Assembly (NCBI GenBank): GCA_963821525.1
Contig: CAWGED010000008.1
Location: 1-64,000, forward strand
DNA: 64,000 bases
Reading direction: 5' to 3'
Source: an uncultured Gemmatimonadales bacterium
Lineage (GTDB): Bacteria; Gemmatimonadota; Gemmatimonadetes; Gemmatimonadales; GWC2-71-9
In this document: positions 10,058-22,558 of the stretch, piece by piece
Layout: the number at the start of each line of letters is the position of its first letter
How positions within the stretch are numbered: position 1 is the stretch's first letter
The notes under the pieces: model-generated
Seen by the model: only the letters and a program-made list of their open reading frames with translations
Told to the model about the DNA's origin: nothing
Database searches by the model: none
Program-made: the position numbers and the translations under genes

Positions 10058-10987
10058 TGTCTTCGTCTGGGACGAGCTTCGACGCGGCCTCGATCGGCGC
10101 CACGGACGTATTCGTGCTTCGCCGCGTTTTCGGTCAGCGTTTCGTGCATCTCGGCGGAAGCGGCCGCGGAGAGGCTGGGCCGGGATCGTCGAGGTGAGCC
10201 TCGACGGACGAGGCGCCGCTGGCCGAGGCGCTGGACACCGCGAGGCCCGTTCGGCTCGATCACGGCGGCCGTGACCTCGTCTTCGGGCCGTACTACGCGC
10301 GCGCCGCGGCGATCGTTCCGGTGCTCGCCCGACATCGTGGTCGTCTTCGGCGTCGCGGACGGCGAGATCGTCGGCGACGACGACACGCTCCAGGCGGTCG
10401 CCGACGAGACGGCGGCGGTCGTAGGCCCGGCCGGGCAGGCAAAGCAGCTCGCCGACGAGCTCGAGGTGCTCGAGGCGGTTCGCGCGGCGCTCGCGGTGCC
10501 GGCCTCCCCGGTCGAGCGCGTGATGGCCGCGCTCGCGAACGTCGCCGCCGAGGCGCTCTCGTGCGAGCTCGGCATCGTCTACCTCGAGGACGGCGAGCGA
10601 GTCGTCGTCGCCGAGCGCGGCTGGACGCACGCCGGCACCGGAGGAGGATCTCGCCGCGCGCTCGAGGCACGTCCTCGGCGCGCAGCGGGTTCCAGTCCTG
10701 CGTCCAGGACGCCCGCCTCTCGCCTCCGCCCGGCGTGCTCGCGTCGGATCCGCGGGATCCGCTCGTACTACGTGCTCGAGCTGACAGGCCTCGCCGAGGC
10801 GTGCTGTTCGTCGCCCACACCGACGTGTCGCCGCGCGGCTTCACCGTGCTCTGCAAGCGGCTCGGCCTGCGGCTCGCCGAGGTCGTCCTCGGTCGTGCTC
10901 GGCGTGGCGCTCACGCGGGAGTCGATCGCGGCAGAGTCCGCTCGGCTTCAGGGCGCCTTCGCAGAGCTCGAGGCCTCAGCAGCCTGA
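10058..10987 (+). CDS. GAF-domain-like protein (frameshifted)
   Basis: [44 protein letters not shown]. Typical codon usage. Confidence 0.5.
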   Translation, partial: CLRLGRASTRPRSAPRTYSCFAAFSVSVSCISAEAAAERLGRDRRGEPRRTRRRWPRRWTPRGPFGSITAAVTSSSGRTTRAPRRSFRCSPDIVVVFGVADGEIVGDDDTLQAVADETAAVVGPAGQAKQLADELEVLEAVRAALAVPASPVERVMAALANVAAEALSCELGIVYLEDGERVVVAERGWTHAGTGGGSRRALEARPRRAAGSSPASRTPASRLRPACSRRIRGIRSYYVLELTGLAEACCSSPTPTCRRAASPCSASGSACGSPRSSSVVLGVALTRESIAAESARLQGAFAELEASAA

Positions 10988-11650
10988 GCAGCGCACGGCG
11001 CGACGAGCAGCCGCCATCACGTCGAACCAGACGTAGCCGGCCGCGACGCCGGACGGCGGATTGCCGTCGGGGATGCCGGTACCGGGGATCTCGGCCGCCC
11101 AGCGCCACGTTCCGATCGCCGTCCCGTACAGCTCCAGCGCGGCGACGACGAGGAAGACGCTCGCGTAGATCGCGCGGTTGCGCGAGCGCCACAGGAAGAG
11201 CAGCAGCAGCGGCACGCCGATCGCGCCGGCGACGTCCGGCTGCGGCAGCACGGTCAACGCCGAGCAGCGCCCACGTCGCGCCGCCGACCGCAGCCGCGAT
11301 CACCACGACGCGCGTGTGCCGGCCCAGCGCGAGCGCGAGCGAGAGGCCCGTGAGGAAGACGAGCCCGTGCGCGGGCGGCACGAACATCGGCAGGTTGTCG
11401 AGCCGGTAGCCGTAGACGCCCCAGAGGATCGCGCCGCGTGAGCTCGCCGATCGTGGCGAAGAAGACGACCCCGATCGCAATCGCGCGCCGCTCGAGCGGG
11501 AAGCGCGAGCAGCGCGAGGATCAGCACGAGCCAGGTGACGCGCCCCGAGCGCGAGCTGCTGGTGGAACGACGCGAAGTGGTCGACCGCGAGCAGGACGGC
11601 GAGGTAGACGACGCCTGCGGCGGCCCAGATCAGGTGCGCGCTGGGCGCGT
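10976..11650 (-). CDS. Hypothetical multi-pass membrane protein
   Basis: YGYRLDNLPMFVPPAHG, LELYGTAIGTWRW, GNPPSGVAAGYVWFD; hydrophobic segments. Confidence 0.6.
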
Positions 11651-12129
11651 CTAGCCGCGGTACTGGAGCTCATGCCACGACGGGACGGGTGCGAGCTCGA
11701 GCAGCGGGCGGCCGCCGCCGGGATGCTGGTAGGCGAACTCGGCCTCGCTCTCGTCCCAGACGACCTCGAGCGCGCCTCGCTTGACCTGGTGGTCGAGCCA
11801 CGCGCCGCGGAAGATCAGCTTGCGCAGCCAGTAGACGAGCGACTCGCCCTCGACGAGCGAGACGCGCTCCCAGTTGCGCGCGAGGTAGCGGCCGAGGCGC
11901 GACTGCGGGTCCTCGATCACGCCCTGCGCGGCGAGCGCGACGAGGTCGCTCGCCTCCTCGTCGTCGAGCTCGTTCACCTCGACGAGGCCCGAGCTTGACC
12001 GCGGCGGCGGTCACGCGCTGCTCGAAGTCGAAGGCGTTGAAGCTGAAGCGGTAGCCGAGGAACTCGACGACGTAGTCGTCGCCGGAGGTGTAGTTCGTCT
12101 CGGCCACCGAGGCCTCGGCGCTCAAGCAT
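11651..12129 (-). CDS. Conserved hypothetical protein
   Basis: Joined frames give ETNYTSGDDYVVEFLGYRFSFNAFDFEQRVTAAAVKLG...ESLVYWLRKLIFRGAWLD; strong coding codon bias. Confidence 0.65.
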
Positions 12130-12216
12130 GACCGAGGATAGCCCGCGGGCGCCGCGTCCTCGCAGGCTACGGTTCGGTCGTGATCGGCGCGTCGACTCCG
12201 CGGTGGCAGCGAGCTC

Positions 12217-12432
12217 ATGATCCTGATGCCCGCCTTCGTGATCGGGGCCGGGATCGTGGTCGCGGTGCTGATCGTGCTCGGACGGGCATTCGCGCAGAAC
12301 GTGCGCGAGAGCGGGCACAAGCGCCTGCTCTTCGCCGGCGCCGTCGCGCTCGTCGGCGTCGTCGCGCTGCTGACCTACCTCGGCGTCGAGCTGCCCCGCG
12401 AAGGGGCTAGAGAAACGAGCGAAGGCGGCTAG
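12217..12432 (+). CDS. Small two-TM membrane protein
   Basis: Two hydrophobic helices; coding-type codon usage. Confidence 0.55.
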   Translation: MILMPAFVIGAGIVVAVLIVLGRAFAQNVRESGHKRLLFAGAVALVGVVALLTYLGVELPREGARETSEGG

Positions 12433-13400
12433 AGGATCACGACCGGCGTGCCGAGCCTGACGCGCTGGTACAGCCACTCGGCCTGCGGCACCTGCATCCG
12501 GATGCAGCCGTGCGACACGCAGTAGCCGATCGAGGACGTCGTCGGGCGTCCCGTGGATGCCGACGCCGGGCGCCGAGATGCCCATCCAGCGCGTCCCGAG
12601 CGGGTTGCCGGGCCGGGCGGAACCGGCTTCAGCCCCTTCGCCCACGAGCTGTAGGTCGGCGGGTACCACCACGGGTTTCGCTGCTTGTCGACGATCCGGA
12701 ACATGCCCGTGCGGGCGTCGGGTAGATCGCCTGGCCGGTCGCGACGTGGAACGTGCGGACGAGGCGGCGTCGCCGTCGGAACAGCCTCAGCGTGTTCGCG
12801 GCAGCGGTCGATCGATCACCGACGGCGCCGAGGTCGCTCGACCGTGACCTTCGCGTCGAACGGAGCCGTGATCGAGCTCGAGCGGCGCTGCGCGAGCCGG
12901 TCGTGAGCTCGTGGGCGATCGCCGCCGCGCATCGCCGTCCTTGTGCACCGCGACGCCGGGGATGTCGGGCGTGAAGCATCGGCCGTCCGGTCGGCCCGGC
13001 GCCGATGAGCGCCGCGTTGCGCGGCTGCGCTGGTACGCCGACTGCGCGAGGCCGTGGACGAGCCTCCGACCGACCGCTCCGAGAACGTGACGGGCAGGCC
13101 GATCCGGCTCCGCGGCGTGCGCCGAGTGCGCTCGCGAACGGCCGCGTGGACGCCGGCGCGCCACGCCGAGCTCGCGCGGCGAGACCGTGACACGTCTCGT
13201 CCCGGTAGACGATCACGAGCGGCCGCGAGAGCGGCCGCCGCGACCGCGAGTCCGCGCCGGCTGCGCGGTCAGCCCGCCGAGGCGGACGCCCAGGACGCGA
13301 CACGCCGGGCGCGATCGACTGGCAGCTGCTCCGCCGGCGGAGCGGCCGCGCACGCGATGCCCGGCGGCGGCGAGGAGCGCGACGATCGTCCTCGATCATC
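12429..13400 (-). CDS. L,D-transpeptidase (YkuD) with N-terminal peptidoglycan-binding region
   Basis: FHVATGQAIYPTP, NPWWYPP, NPLGTRWMG, GIHGT, SHGCIRM. Confidence 0.9.
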
Positions 13401-13479
13401 GGCGTGCAATTGAACCAGATGGGCAGGACGCCTCGCTCGCGGGCTCCGTCCGACCGCGGCCGTACCCTCGGATCGTCCG

Positions 13480-15376
13480 ATGGAGAGCCGGAACCTGGAC
13501 GATCGCCGCCTGCTCGGCCGATCGGGTGCGCGCGCTCGTCGACGGGCTCGGCATCAGCGAGACGACCGCGTCGCGTCCTCGTCCGGCGCGGCTACGGCGA
13601 CCCGACGAGGCCGCGCGCGTTCCTCGAGGGTGCGCTGCCCGGCCACGATCCGTTCCTGCTCGGCGACATGCGCGGCCGCCGTCGAGGCGATCGGGGCGGC
13701 GGTCGCCCGCGGCGCGCGCATCTGCGTGCACGGCGACTACGACGCCGACGGGATCTGCGCGACCGCGCTCGCCGTCCTCCTGCTGCGCGAGCTCGGCGCC
13801 GACCCGGAGTGGCACCTGCCGTCGCGGTTCGAGGAGGGCTACGGCCTGAACGGCGAGACGCTCGCGCGGCTCGCCGGCGACGGCGTCGAGCTTCGTGCTG
13901 ACGGTGGACTGCGGCATCACCGCCGTCGACGAGGTCGCCGAGGCGAGGCGGCTCGGGCTCGAGATCGTCGTCACCGACCACCACCGGCCCGGCGAGACGC
14001 TTCCCGGACTGCCCCGTCGTCGCCACGCTGAAGGGCGCGTATCCGTTCGCCGGGCTCTGCGGGACGGGCGTCGTCTGGAAGCTCGCCGAGGCGCTGCTCG
14101 GGCCCGGGCACCCGTTCCTCGACCGGCACCTCGACCTCGTCGCGCTCGCGACCGTCGCCGACGTCGTCCCGCTCCTCGACGAGAACCGCGCGCTCGCGCT
14201 CGCCGGGCTGCGGCGGCTCGGCGCAGACGCAGAAGCCGGGCCTGCGGGCGCTCATGCGCGTCGCGCACGTCGACCCGGCCGCGTGCGACGAGGGCGCGAT
14301 CGGCTTCCGGCTCGCGCCGCGGATCAACGCCGCCGGCCGGCTCGGCCGGCCCGCGGCCGCGCTCGCCCTGCTGCTGACCGAGGACGCGCGCGAGGCGACA
14401 CGGCTCGCCGACGAGCTCGAGGAGCTGAACCGCGAGCGGCAGGCGCGTCGAGGAGCGGATCCTGCGCGCCGCGCTCGACGAGATCGAGTCGTGGCCGGCC
14501 GAGCGCCGCGGCGGCGCGGCTACGTCGTCGCCGGCGCCGACTGGCACGAGGGCGTGATCGGGATCGTCGCCTCGCGCCTCGTCGAGCGCTTCGGCCGGCC
14601 GGTCGTCCTGATCGCGGGCGCCGACGGCTCGTGGAAGGGCTCGGGCCGCGCGCCCGGCGCGTTCGACCTGCACGGCGCGCTCGCCGCGTGCGCGGAGCAC
14701 CTCGAGCGCTTCGGCGGGCATCGCGCCGCGGCCGGGCTGACGATCCGGCCCGAGCGCGGTCGAGGCGTTCGCGGACGGCGTTCGCGCGCGCACGCCGACG
14801 CGGTGCTGACCGACGAGGACCTCCGCCCGCGGCATCGCGGTCGACGCGATCGTCGCGCGGCTCCGAGCTCGGGCTGCCGCTCTGCGAGGAGCTCGCGCGG
14901 CTGGCGCCCGTTCGGGCTCGGCAACCCGGGCGTGACGCTGCTCGATCGACGGCTGCGAGCTGACCGAGCTCGGCACCGTCGGCGAGGGGAAGCACCTCCG
15001 CTTCCGCGTCCGCCAGCGCGGCCGCGACGCGGGCTCGGCGATCGCGTTCGGGAGCGGCGGGCAGGCTCGACCGCTTCCGCCGCGTCGGCCGCTACGACGT
15101 CGCCTTCCGGCTCCAGGAGAACCGCTGGAACGGCACGGTCGCGCCGCAGCTCGTCGTGCGGCGGATCTTCGACGCGGCCGAGCGCTACGAGGAGCTGCGC
15201 GCGCTGGCTCGCCGAGCAGTGGCGCGGCGGCGAGGCCGGCTGGACGCCCGAGGCGCGCGCGATCTTCGCCGAGCTCGAGCTGACCGAAGCGAGCCCGCAG
15301 GCGGGAGCCTGCTCGAGTCGGAGCGTTCCGGCGTCTGCTGGACGAGGCCGAGCCTACGCTGCGCGCGGCAGCCTGA
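13480..15376 (+). CDS. recJ: Single-stranded-DNA-specific exonuclease RecJ
   Basis: HGDYDADG, RFEEGYGL, TVDCGI, TDHH, APRINAAGRL, WHEGVIGIVASRL, FGGHRAAAGL. Confidence 0.95.
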
Positions 15377-15565
15377 CCCGGCTGCGGCGGCGCGGCGGAG
15401 CCGCGGCCTCGAGCTCCCGCAGCAGGCGGGCGACGCGCAGGAGCTTCCTGGCCTGTCGGCGGCGACGGAACATGGGTCGAAGGGGTTCATCGGCCGCAGG
15501 CGTTCTCCTGCACGACCCGCAAGCGGAGGATCGAGCAGTCGAAACGGCCGGAGTACACTCAGCCC

Positions 15566-17771
15566 ATGGCGGTAGCTCGAGCGACATCACGACCTCGTCG
15601 ACGAGCTGATCGCCGAGGTCGAGGCCTACAAGCCGGACGCCGACCGCGAGCTGCTGTCGCGCGCGTTCGAGTTCGCCGCGCGCGCACACGAAGGGCAGCT
15701 GCGCCGCTCGGGCCAGGAGTTCATCTACCACCCGTGGGGCGTGGCGAAGATCCTCGCCGGCCTGCGAGCTCGACGAGCCGACCCTCGCCGCCGCGCTCCT
15801 CCACGACACGGTCGAGGACACCGGCGTCGAGATCGACGACATCAAGCGCCGAGTTCGGCGACGAGATCGCGAAGCTCGTCGAGGGCGTGACGAAGCTGAC
15901 GCGCGTCCAGTTCCAGAGCCGCGAGCACGCCGAGGCCGAGAACTACCGGAAGCTGATCGTGGCGATGGCCGAGGACATCCGCGTGATCCTGATCAAGCTC
16001 GCCGACCGCCTCCACAACCTCCGCACGATCGAGTACATGGGCAAGCAGACCCAGGTGCGCAAGGCGAAGGAGACGCTCGAGGTCTACGCGCCGCTCGCCC
16101 ACCGGCTCGGCATCCACGCGCTCAAGTGGGAGCTCGAGGACCTCGCGTTCCAGACGCTGCACCCGCGCAAGTACGAGGAGATCAAGCAGATGGTCGCCGA
16201 GCGGCGCGCCGACCGCGAGGAGCACGTGCGCGAGGCCGCGCTGGTGCTCAGCGCGAGCTCGACAAGGTCGACATCCCGGCCGAGATCTCCGGCCGCGCGA
16301 AGCACTTCTACTCGATCTACGACAAGATGGCCAAGAAGGGCCGCGAGTTCAACGAGATCTACGACCTCACCGCGATGCGCGTGATCGTCGAGCGCGACGG
16401 CGACGAGGGAACGCGCGACTGCTACGGCGCGCTCGGCCTGATCCACTCGCTGTGGAAGCCGATGCCGGGCCGCTTCAAGGACTACATCGCGATGCCGAAG
16501 TTCAACGGCTACCGCGCGCTGCACACGACCGTGATCGGGCCCGCAGGGCCGGCCGCTCGAGATCCAGGTGCGGACGCGCGAGATGCACGCTGACCGCCGA
16601 GTACGGCGTCGCCGCGCACTGGCTCTACAAGGGCGGCCGCAAGAGCAGCGCGACGACGAGTGGACGCAGTGGGTCAAGCAGCTGATGGACGACCGGCACG
16701 CGACGAGGCCGACCCGCGCGAGTTCATGAAGAGCTTCCGCACCGACCTCTTCGAGGACGAGGTGCACGTCTTCACGCCGAAGGGCCAGGTGAAGACGCTG
16801 CCGGCCGGGTCGACGCCGATCGACTTCGCCTACGCCGTGCACACCGACGTCGGCCATCGCACCGTCGGCGCGAAGATCAACGGCCGGATCGTCCCGCTCC
16901 ACTACCGGCTCCAGAACGGCGACTTCGTCGAGATCCTCACCTCGAAGCAGGGCACGCGCGGCCCGTCGCGCGACTGGATGTCGCTCGCGAAGAGCTCGCC
17001 GCGCGCGCGAGCAAGATCCGCCAGTGGTTCTCGCGCGAGACGCGCGAGGATCAGGAGCAGAAGGGCCGCGAGGCGCTCGAGCACGCGCTCAAGGCGCAGA
17101 ACCTGCCGTACGCGAAGCTCCGCGCGTCGGCGCGTGCTCGCCGCAGGTGATCCGCGACTCGGGCTTCAAGAAGGCGGAGGACTTCTACGTCGCGCTCGGC
17201 TCCGGGAAGCTCCAGACCGGCGCGATCGTCAACAAGGTGATCCAGCGCCTGAAGACCGAGCAGGTCGCCGAGGAGGCGCCGGTCGTCAAGGCGCCGAAGG
17301 CGCGCAGCGCCGTCTCGAGCACCGAGATGGGGGTCGTCGTCCAGGGCGTCGACGACGTGCTCGTCCGGCTCGCGAAGTGCTGCACGCCGGTTCCGGGCGA
17401 CGCGATCGTCGGCTACATCTCGCTCGGCAAGGGGATCACGATCCACCGCGGGGACTGCCCGAACGTGAAGGCGCTGATGCGGAACGCCGGAGCGGTTCAC
17501 GCCGGTCGAGTGGGACGGCGACGTGACGAAGTCGTTCCGCGTCCAGATCGCCGTCGACTCGTGGGACCGGCCGCGGCTGCTCGAGGACGTCGCGCGCACG
17601 TTCGCCGAGCACGGCGCGAACATCGTCTAGTACGGCGGCGTCGTCGAGGATCAGCTCGCGAAGAACTGGTACACGGCCGAGGTCGGCGACGTGAAGGCGC
17701 TCCGCTCGCTGATGAACGCGCTGCGCGGGATCGACGCCGTCTTCGACGCCTACCGCGTCACGCCCTCATAG
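15566..17771 (+). CDS. rel: Bifunctional (p)ppGpp synthetase/hydrolase Rel
   Basis: [40 protein letters not shown] domain ([13 protein letters not shown]), [13 protein letters not shown] domain. Confidence 0.95.
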
Positions 17772-17777
17772 AGCGCG

Positions 17778-18526
17778 GTGCACCCGGTAGCCGGCGGCAC
17801 TCGGCGGCGTGGCCGACCTGTACGAGCGCGCGCGGCCGGGCTATCCCGAGGCGGCGGTCGGCGCGATTGACGGCGCGGCTCGGTCTCGCGCCCGGCCGGA
17901 CGGTCGTCGATCTCGCCGCCGGCACGGGCAAGCTGACGCGGCTGCTCGTCGCGAGCGGCGCGCGTGTGATCGCGGTCGAGCCGCTGGCGGAGATGCGGGT
18001 GTGCTGGCGCGCGGCGGTTCCGTCGGCCGAGGTCGTCGACGGGACGGCGGAGTCGATGCCGCTGGCCGGATGCGAGCGTCGACGCGGTGACGGTCGCGCA
18101 GGCGTTCCACTGGTTCGACGCTCGGCGCGGCGCTGGCGGAGATCGCACGAGTGGTGCGGCCCGGCGGCGCGGCGGCGCTGGTGTGGAACGTCCGCGATCT
18201 CGCGGACGAGGTCCAGGCGCGCTTCCAGGAGCTGCTGCTGCCGTATCGCGGAGACACGCCGAACGAGCACGAGCGGCCGTGGCTCGCCGACGTCGCGGCG
18301 TCCGCCGTCGTTCGGCCCGATCGAGGAGTGGTCGTGTTCCGTGGGTCGCGCACCTCACGCGCGCCGAGCTGGCGGGCCGGTTCGGGTCGGTCAGCTTCGT
18401 GGCTCAGCTGCCCGACGACGAGCGGCGGGCTCTCCTGGCGCGGATCGACGCGGTGGCCGCGGAGCTCGGCGAGCCGTTCGAGTTCCGCTACCGGACGGAC
18501 GTCTTCGTGTCTCGCCGGTCAGCTGA
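17778..18526 (+). CDS. Class I SAM-dependent methyltransferase
   Basis: YERARPGYP, VVDLAAGTGKLT, AVTVAQAFHWFD, ALVWN. Confidence 0.9.
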
Positions 18527-18867
18527 CCGAGTCCCAGGCGACGCCGCCGGTGTCCCAGCCGACGAGGCAGTGGGGCGAGATCGCGACGCGATCCGGTCGA
18601 GGAACGCGGTGTCGTCGCAGCCGTCCGCGACGAGATCGGCGACGTGGTCGGCGTTGAACAGCACCGGCACGCGCGTCGCGGTCGGCGGGGTCGGGCTCGC
18701 CGGCCTGCGGGCCCGGGACGAGCTCGCCGTCCTCGCTGAAGAGGATCCAGGCGAACGAGCAGCGCCGCTCGCCACGAGCGCGTCGACGACCGACCGGAGG
18801 ATGTCGTCGGGGTCGCCTCCCGCCGGCGCAGGATCCGGTCGACCGCCTCGATCGCGGCCGCGCTCAT
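18519..18867 (-). CDS. Small GAF-like hypothetical protein
   Basis: MSAAAIEAVDRIL..GGDPDDILRSVV...RVPVLFN...CLVGWDTGGVAWD; start overlaps the thioesterase stop. Confidence 0.5.
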
Positions 18868-19314
18868 GCGCCGTGCTCCTCGAACTCGGTGACTCGCGCG
18901 CGGAAGCGAGTCCGGGACCGGACGGGCCGCCGGTCGGCCAGGTCGATCAGCACGATCGTCTGCTTCGCGGTCGCCATCAGCAGGTCGGGCTCGTCGTCGG
19001 CGAGCCGGTAGGCGGCGTGGTCGTAGGTGACGCTCGTCCGGCCCGATCCGGTCGATGCGGACGAAGACCTCGAGCAGGTCGTCGAAGCGGGCGGGCGCGT
19101 GGTACTCGACCGCGCAGGCCCGCATCGCGAACTCGCCGCGGATGTCGATCGCGCCGAGGTGGCGGTGGTACTCGGTGCGCGCGACGTCGAAGTAGGGCAG
19201 GTAGCGGCCGTAGTACACGACGGCCTGCGCGTCGGTGTCCGAGAAGCCGACGCGCGTGTAGGCGGCGTACCGGAACGGCGGCTTCCGGTCGGTGACGTGC
19301 CCCAGTTCGATCAC
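18864..19314 (-). CDS. Acyl-CoA thioesterase (YbgC/4HBT family)
   Basis: RVGFSDTDAQAVVYYGRYLPYFDVARTEY, EYHAPARFDD. Confidence 0.9.
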
Positions 19315-19377
19315 GTGTCGATCCTAGCCACGTCCCGGTTGTCCCGGTGTCAGACACCGTGACGGGACCGTGGCGGA

Positions 19378-20726
19378 TCACGAACGGATGACGCTCAGCA
19401 CCTCGTCGCGCTTCGCCTCCATCAGCTCCTGCGAGCGCGCCTCGAGGTTCAGGCGCAGCAGCGGCTCGGTGTTCGACGGGCGGACGTTCATGTGCCAGTC
19501 GGCTGCGTCGACCGAGAGGCCGTCGAGGTGCGAGACCGTGCCCTCCGGCGCCGAAGCGCTCCTTCAGCTCCTGGAGCTTCAGCGCCACGTCGGCGACCGG
19601 CGTGTTGATCTCGCCGGTGAGGAAGTACCGCGAGCGCAGCGCCGCGAGCAGCTCGCTCAGCTTCTGGCCCGCGCTTCGAGACCAGCTCGAGCATGAGCAG
19701 GAACGGGACGACGCCCGAGTCGGCCTGGCAGAAGTCGCGGAAGTAGTAGTGCGCCGAGACCTCGCCGGCGAAGACCGCGTCGACGTCGCGCATCCGCTGC
19801 TTGATGAACGCGTGGCCGACCCGGTTGATCAGCGCGACCGCCGCCGGCGGCCTCGATCGCCTCGGGCACGGCCCAGGACGCGCGCACGTCGTAGATGACC
19901 GTGCCGCCCGGCTCCTTGCCGAGGATCGACTCGGCGAAGAGCGTGGTCATGAAGTCGCCGGGCACGAACTCGCCGGTGTCGTCGACGAAGAAGCAGCGGT
20001 CGGCGTCGCCGTCGTACGCGACGCCGAAGTCGGCGCCGGCCTCGCGTGGTCGCGCGCACGATGAACTCGCGGTTCTCCGGGAGCAGCGGGTTCGGCTCGT
20101 GGTTCGGGAACGACCCGTCCGGCTCGAAGTTGCACGTGATCGCGTCGACCTGCGGAAGCCGCGCGAGCACCGGCGGGATCATCGCGCCGGCCATCCCGTT
20201 CGCCGCGTCGATCACGATGCGCAGCGGGCGGATCGCCTCGACGTCGACGAACGAGAGCACCCGCGAGACGAACCCGTCCCAGACATCCTCGGCGCTCACC
20301 GCGCCGCGCGTGGCGTCGCGCCACGCCGCAGCGACGGCGCGGTCGCGGACGTCGTAGAGCCCCGACTCGCTGCCGACCGGCAAGCGCGCCGCGGCGGACG
20401 ATCTTCATCCCGGTGTAGTCCTTCGGGTTGTGCGAGGCGGTGACCATGATCCCGCCGTCGAGGCCGAGCTCGCCGACCGCGAAGTAGACCATCTCCGTGC
20501 CGACCATCCCGAGGTCGATCACGTCGGCCCCACCGTCCGCGGCGCCCTCGATCACCGCGAGCGCCATCGACGGCGCCGAGAGCCGCATGTCGCGCCCGAC
20601 CGCGATCCGCGCCGGCTCGAATTGCTCGACGTACGCGCGGCCGATCGCGTAGGCCCCGGCCTCGTCGAGCTCCGACGGGTAGAGCCCGCGCACGTCGTAC
20701 GCCTTGAAGACCGCCGGGTCGAGCAT
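19378..20726 (-). CDS. manB: Phosphomannomutase/phosphoglucomutase
   Basis: FKAYDVRG, TASHNP, DAANGMAG, FPNHEPNP, YDGDADRCF, GEVSAHYYF, RPSNTEPLLRLN. Confidence 0.93.
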
Positions 20727-20801
20727 CAGCGCGATGCTACGGAAGCCGGGCACCGGTCGCGAGGGAACCTGCTGCCCTTTCCGCCGCCACGGCGTCGATT
20801 C

Positions 20802-21621
20802 CTACGCCGCGAGGATCGCCATGATCGCCTGCGTCGAGGCCTCGTCCGGCGACTCCGAGATCACGGTCGCCGGTCGGTCGAACCGGGCCAGTGCCTCGGC
20901 GAGCGGCTCGGCGCGCAGCGTCCCCTCTCCGTACGGCAGGTGCTTCGTCTCGTTGCGGTTCGCGTACTGGATGTCCGAGAAGTGGATGTGGAACGGCGCG
21001 CCGGGCTCGAGCACGGCGTCGGCGTCGGCGAGCGCGTCGGCGAACGGCTCGACCGTCGTGAAGCGCGCCGTCCGACGTCGCGTGCATGTGCGCGAAGTCG
21101 AGGACGGGCCGGACCCAGCCGAGCCGCCGCGAGATCTCGACGACGTCGTCGGCCGAGCCGAGCTCGCGGACGCGGCCCATCACCTCGATCCCGAACGGCA
21201 CGTCGCGATCCTTTGCCGGCGAGCCGCTCACGCAGCTCGCCGAGCTGCTCGCAGACCGAGTCGATCGCCTCCTCGCGGCGTGCGGCCGAGCAGGAAGCCC
21301 GGATGGAAGACGACGACCTCGGCCCCGGCGGCCTTCGCGATCCCGGCCGAGTGGTCGAGCATGCCGACCGCCATGTTGAGCTTCTTGCCGCGCTCGGCGT
21401 GGCCCATGAAGCCCGCGATCGGCGCGTGCACCGAGAGCACGATCCCGTGCTCGGCGCGAGCCGGCCGAATGCCGCCGCGAAGTCGTAGTCCATCCAGAAG
21501 CGGCCCTCGAAGTCGATCTCGCAGGCGCGTGTAGCCGCGCGTCGAGCAGCGCCTCGACCGCCGCCTCCGGGCTCTCGCGCGAGGGCACGCGCGCGGGGCC
21601 GAAGTGAAGCTCGCCGGGCAT
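20802..21621 (-). CDS. Endonuclease IV-like TIM-barrel protein
   Basis: LSVHAP, VVFHPGF, GIEVMGR..ELG, PVLDFAHMHA, HIHFSDIQY...ETKHLP, VISESP. Confidence 0.8.
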
Positions 21622-21834
21622 CAGCGCGAACCTAATCCGGGCCGGCCTCCTCAGCGCGGCGCGTTCGCCGCAGCCAGCGTCCATCCACCCGCGTCCGAAC
21701 CCCACCCACCCGGGGGACCCGTCCCACAATCGACCGCTACCGGAGAAAAGGTGCCGCAACTGTGCCAATTGTGCGAAAAATGCGAACGGCCCGGGCCCGG
21801 GAATTCCGTCCGATCGGTCCTCTACCCTCGTGGC

Positions 21835-22077
21835 ATGCAAACTGACCCGTCGCGGATCGACCTGCTCGAGCTCGACATCGACCTCCGCCTCACCGATCTC
21901 TGGCGCGAGGCGGCCGGGATCGGCGAGTGGTCGCTCGAGGTCGTCGCGGCCTTCATGCGCGCGGCGTACGGGAAGGGCTACTGCGACGCGCTCACCGAGG
22001 AGCTGCCCGGCGCGCTCTGCGCCGATCACGGCTACCGCGTCCCGGAGCGCCGCTACCGGGCGCGCGCCGACGCCTAG
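21835..22077 (+). CDS. Small conserved hypothetical protein
   Basis: Clean ORF: MQTDPSRIDLLELDIDLRLTDLW...AFMRAAYGKGYCDALTE. Confidence 0.65.
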   Translation: MQTDPSRIDLLELDIDLRLTDLWREAAGIGEWSLEVVAAFMRAAYGKGYCDALTEELPGALCADHGYRVPERRYRARADA

Positions 22078-22151
22078 ACCGACGGCACGCGCAACCGGCC
22101 GAGCACACGTCCGCGGCCGGGACGCCGGGCGACCGCGGCTAGACTGGCCGC

Positions 22152-22558
22152 GTGGCTCGTCCTGCGCGTAGCCCGGCCAGGCTCGTGGTCGCCCTCGCCG
22201 TTGCCGGCGTGCTGGCGGTCTTCCTTCTCTACACCGCTCTCGGCGGGAACTCGACGCCGCTGCTCCAGCCGAGCAACCTCGCCGGCCACACCGGCACGGT
22301 GTCGCTGACCGGGAAGGTGATCGGGCCGGTCGCCGGCGACGCCCACGCATCCGAGCGGCCTTCGCTTCGCGCTCCGCAACATCCAGGGCGAGAGCCCGAA
22401 GATCCCGGTCGTGCTTCCGCGGCTCGGTGCCCGACCTGTTCAAGGCGGGTCGCGACGTCAACCTGACCGGCCGCCTCGAGAACGGCGCTTTCGTCGCGCA
22501 CGAGATGACGACGAAGTGCCCGAGCAAGTACACCGCGACAACGACTCCGAACGCGTAG
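22152..22558 (+). CDS. ccmE: Cytochrome c maturation heme chaperone CcmE (CxxxY variant)
   Basis: N-terminal TM, GSVPDLFKAGRDV, FVAHEMTTKCPSKY; directly upstream of ccmF. Confidence 0.88.

Noticed and set aside
17628..17630. In-frame TAG in the rel ACT domain (stop-codon readthrough or recoding?)
   Set aside because: The context NIV*YGG fits TCG (Ser) with one substitution error, and TAG is used as a normal stop elsewhere
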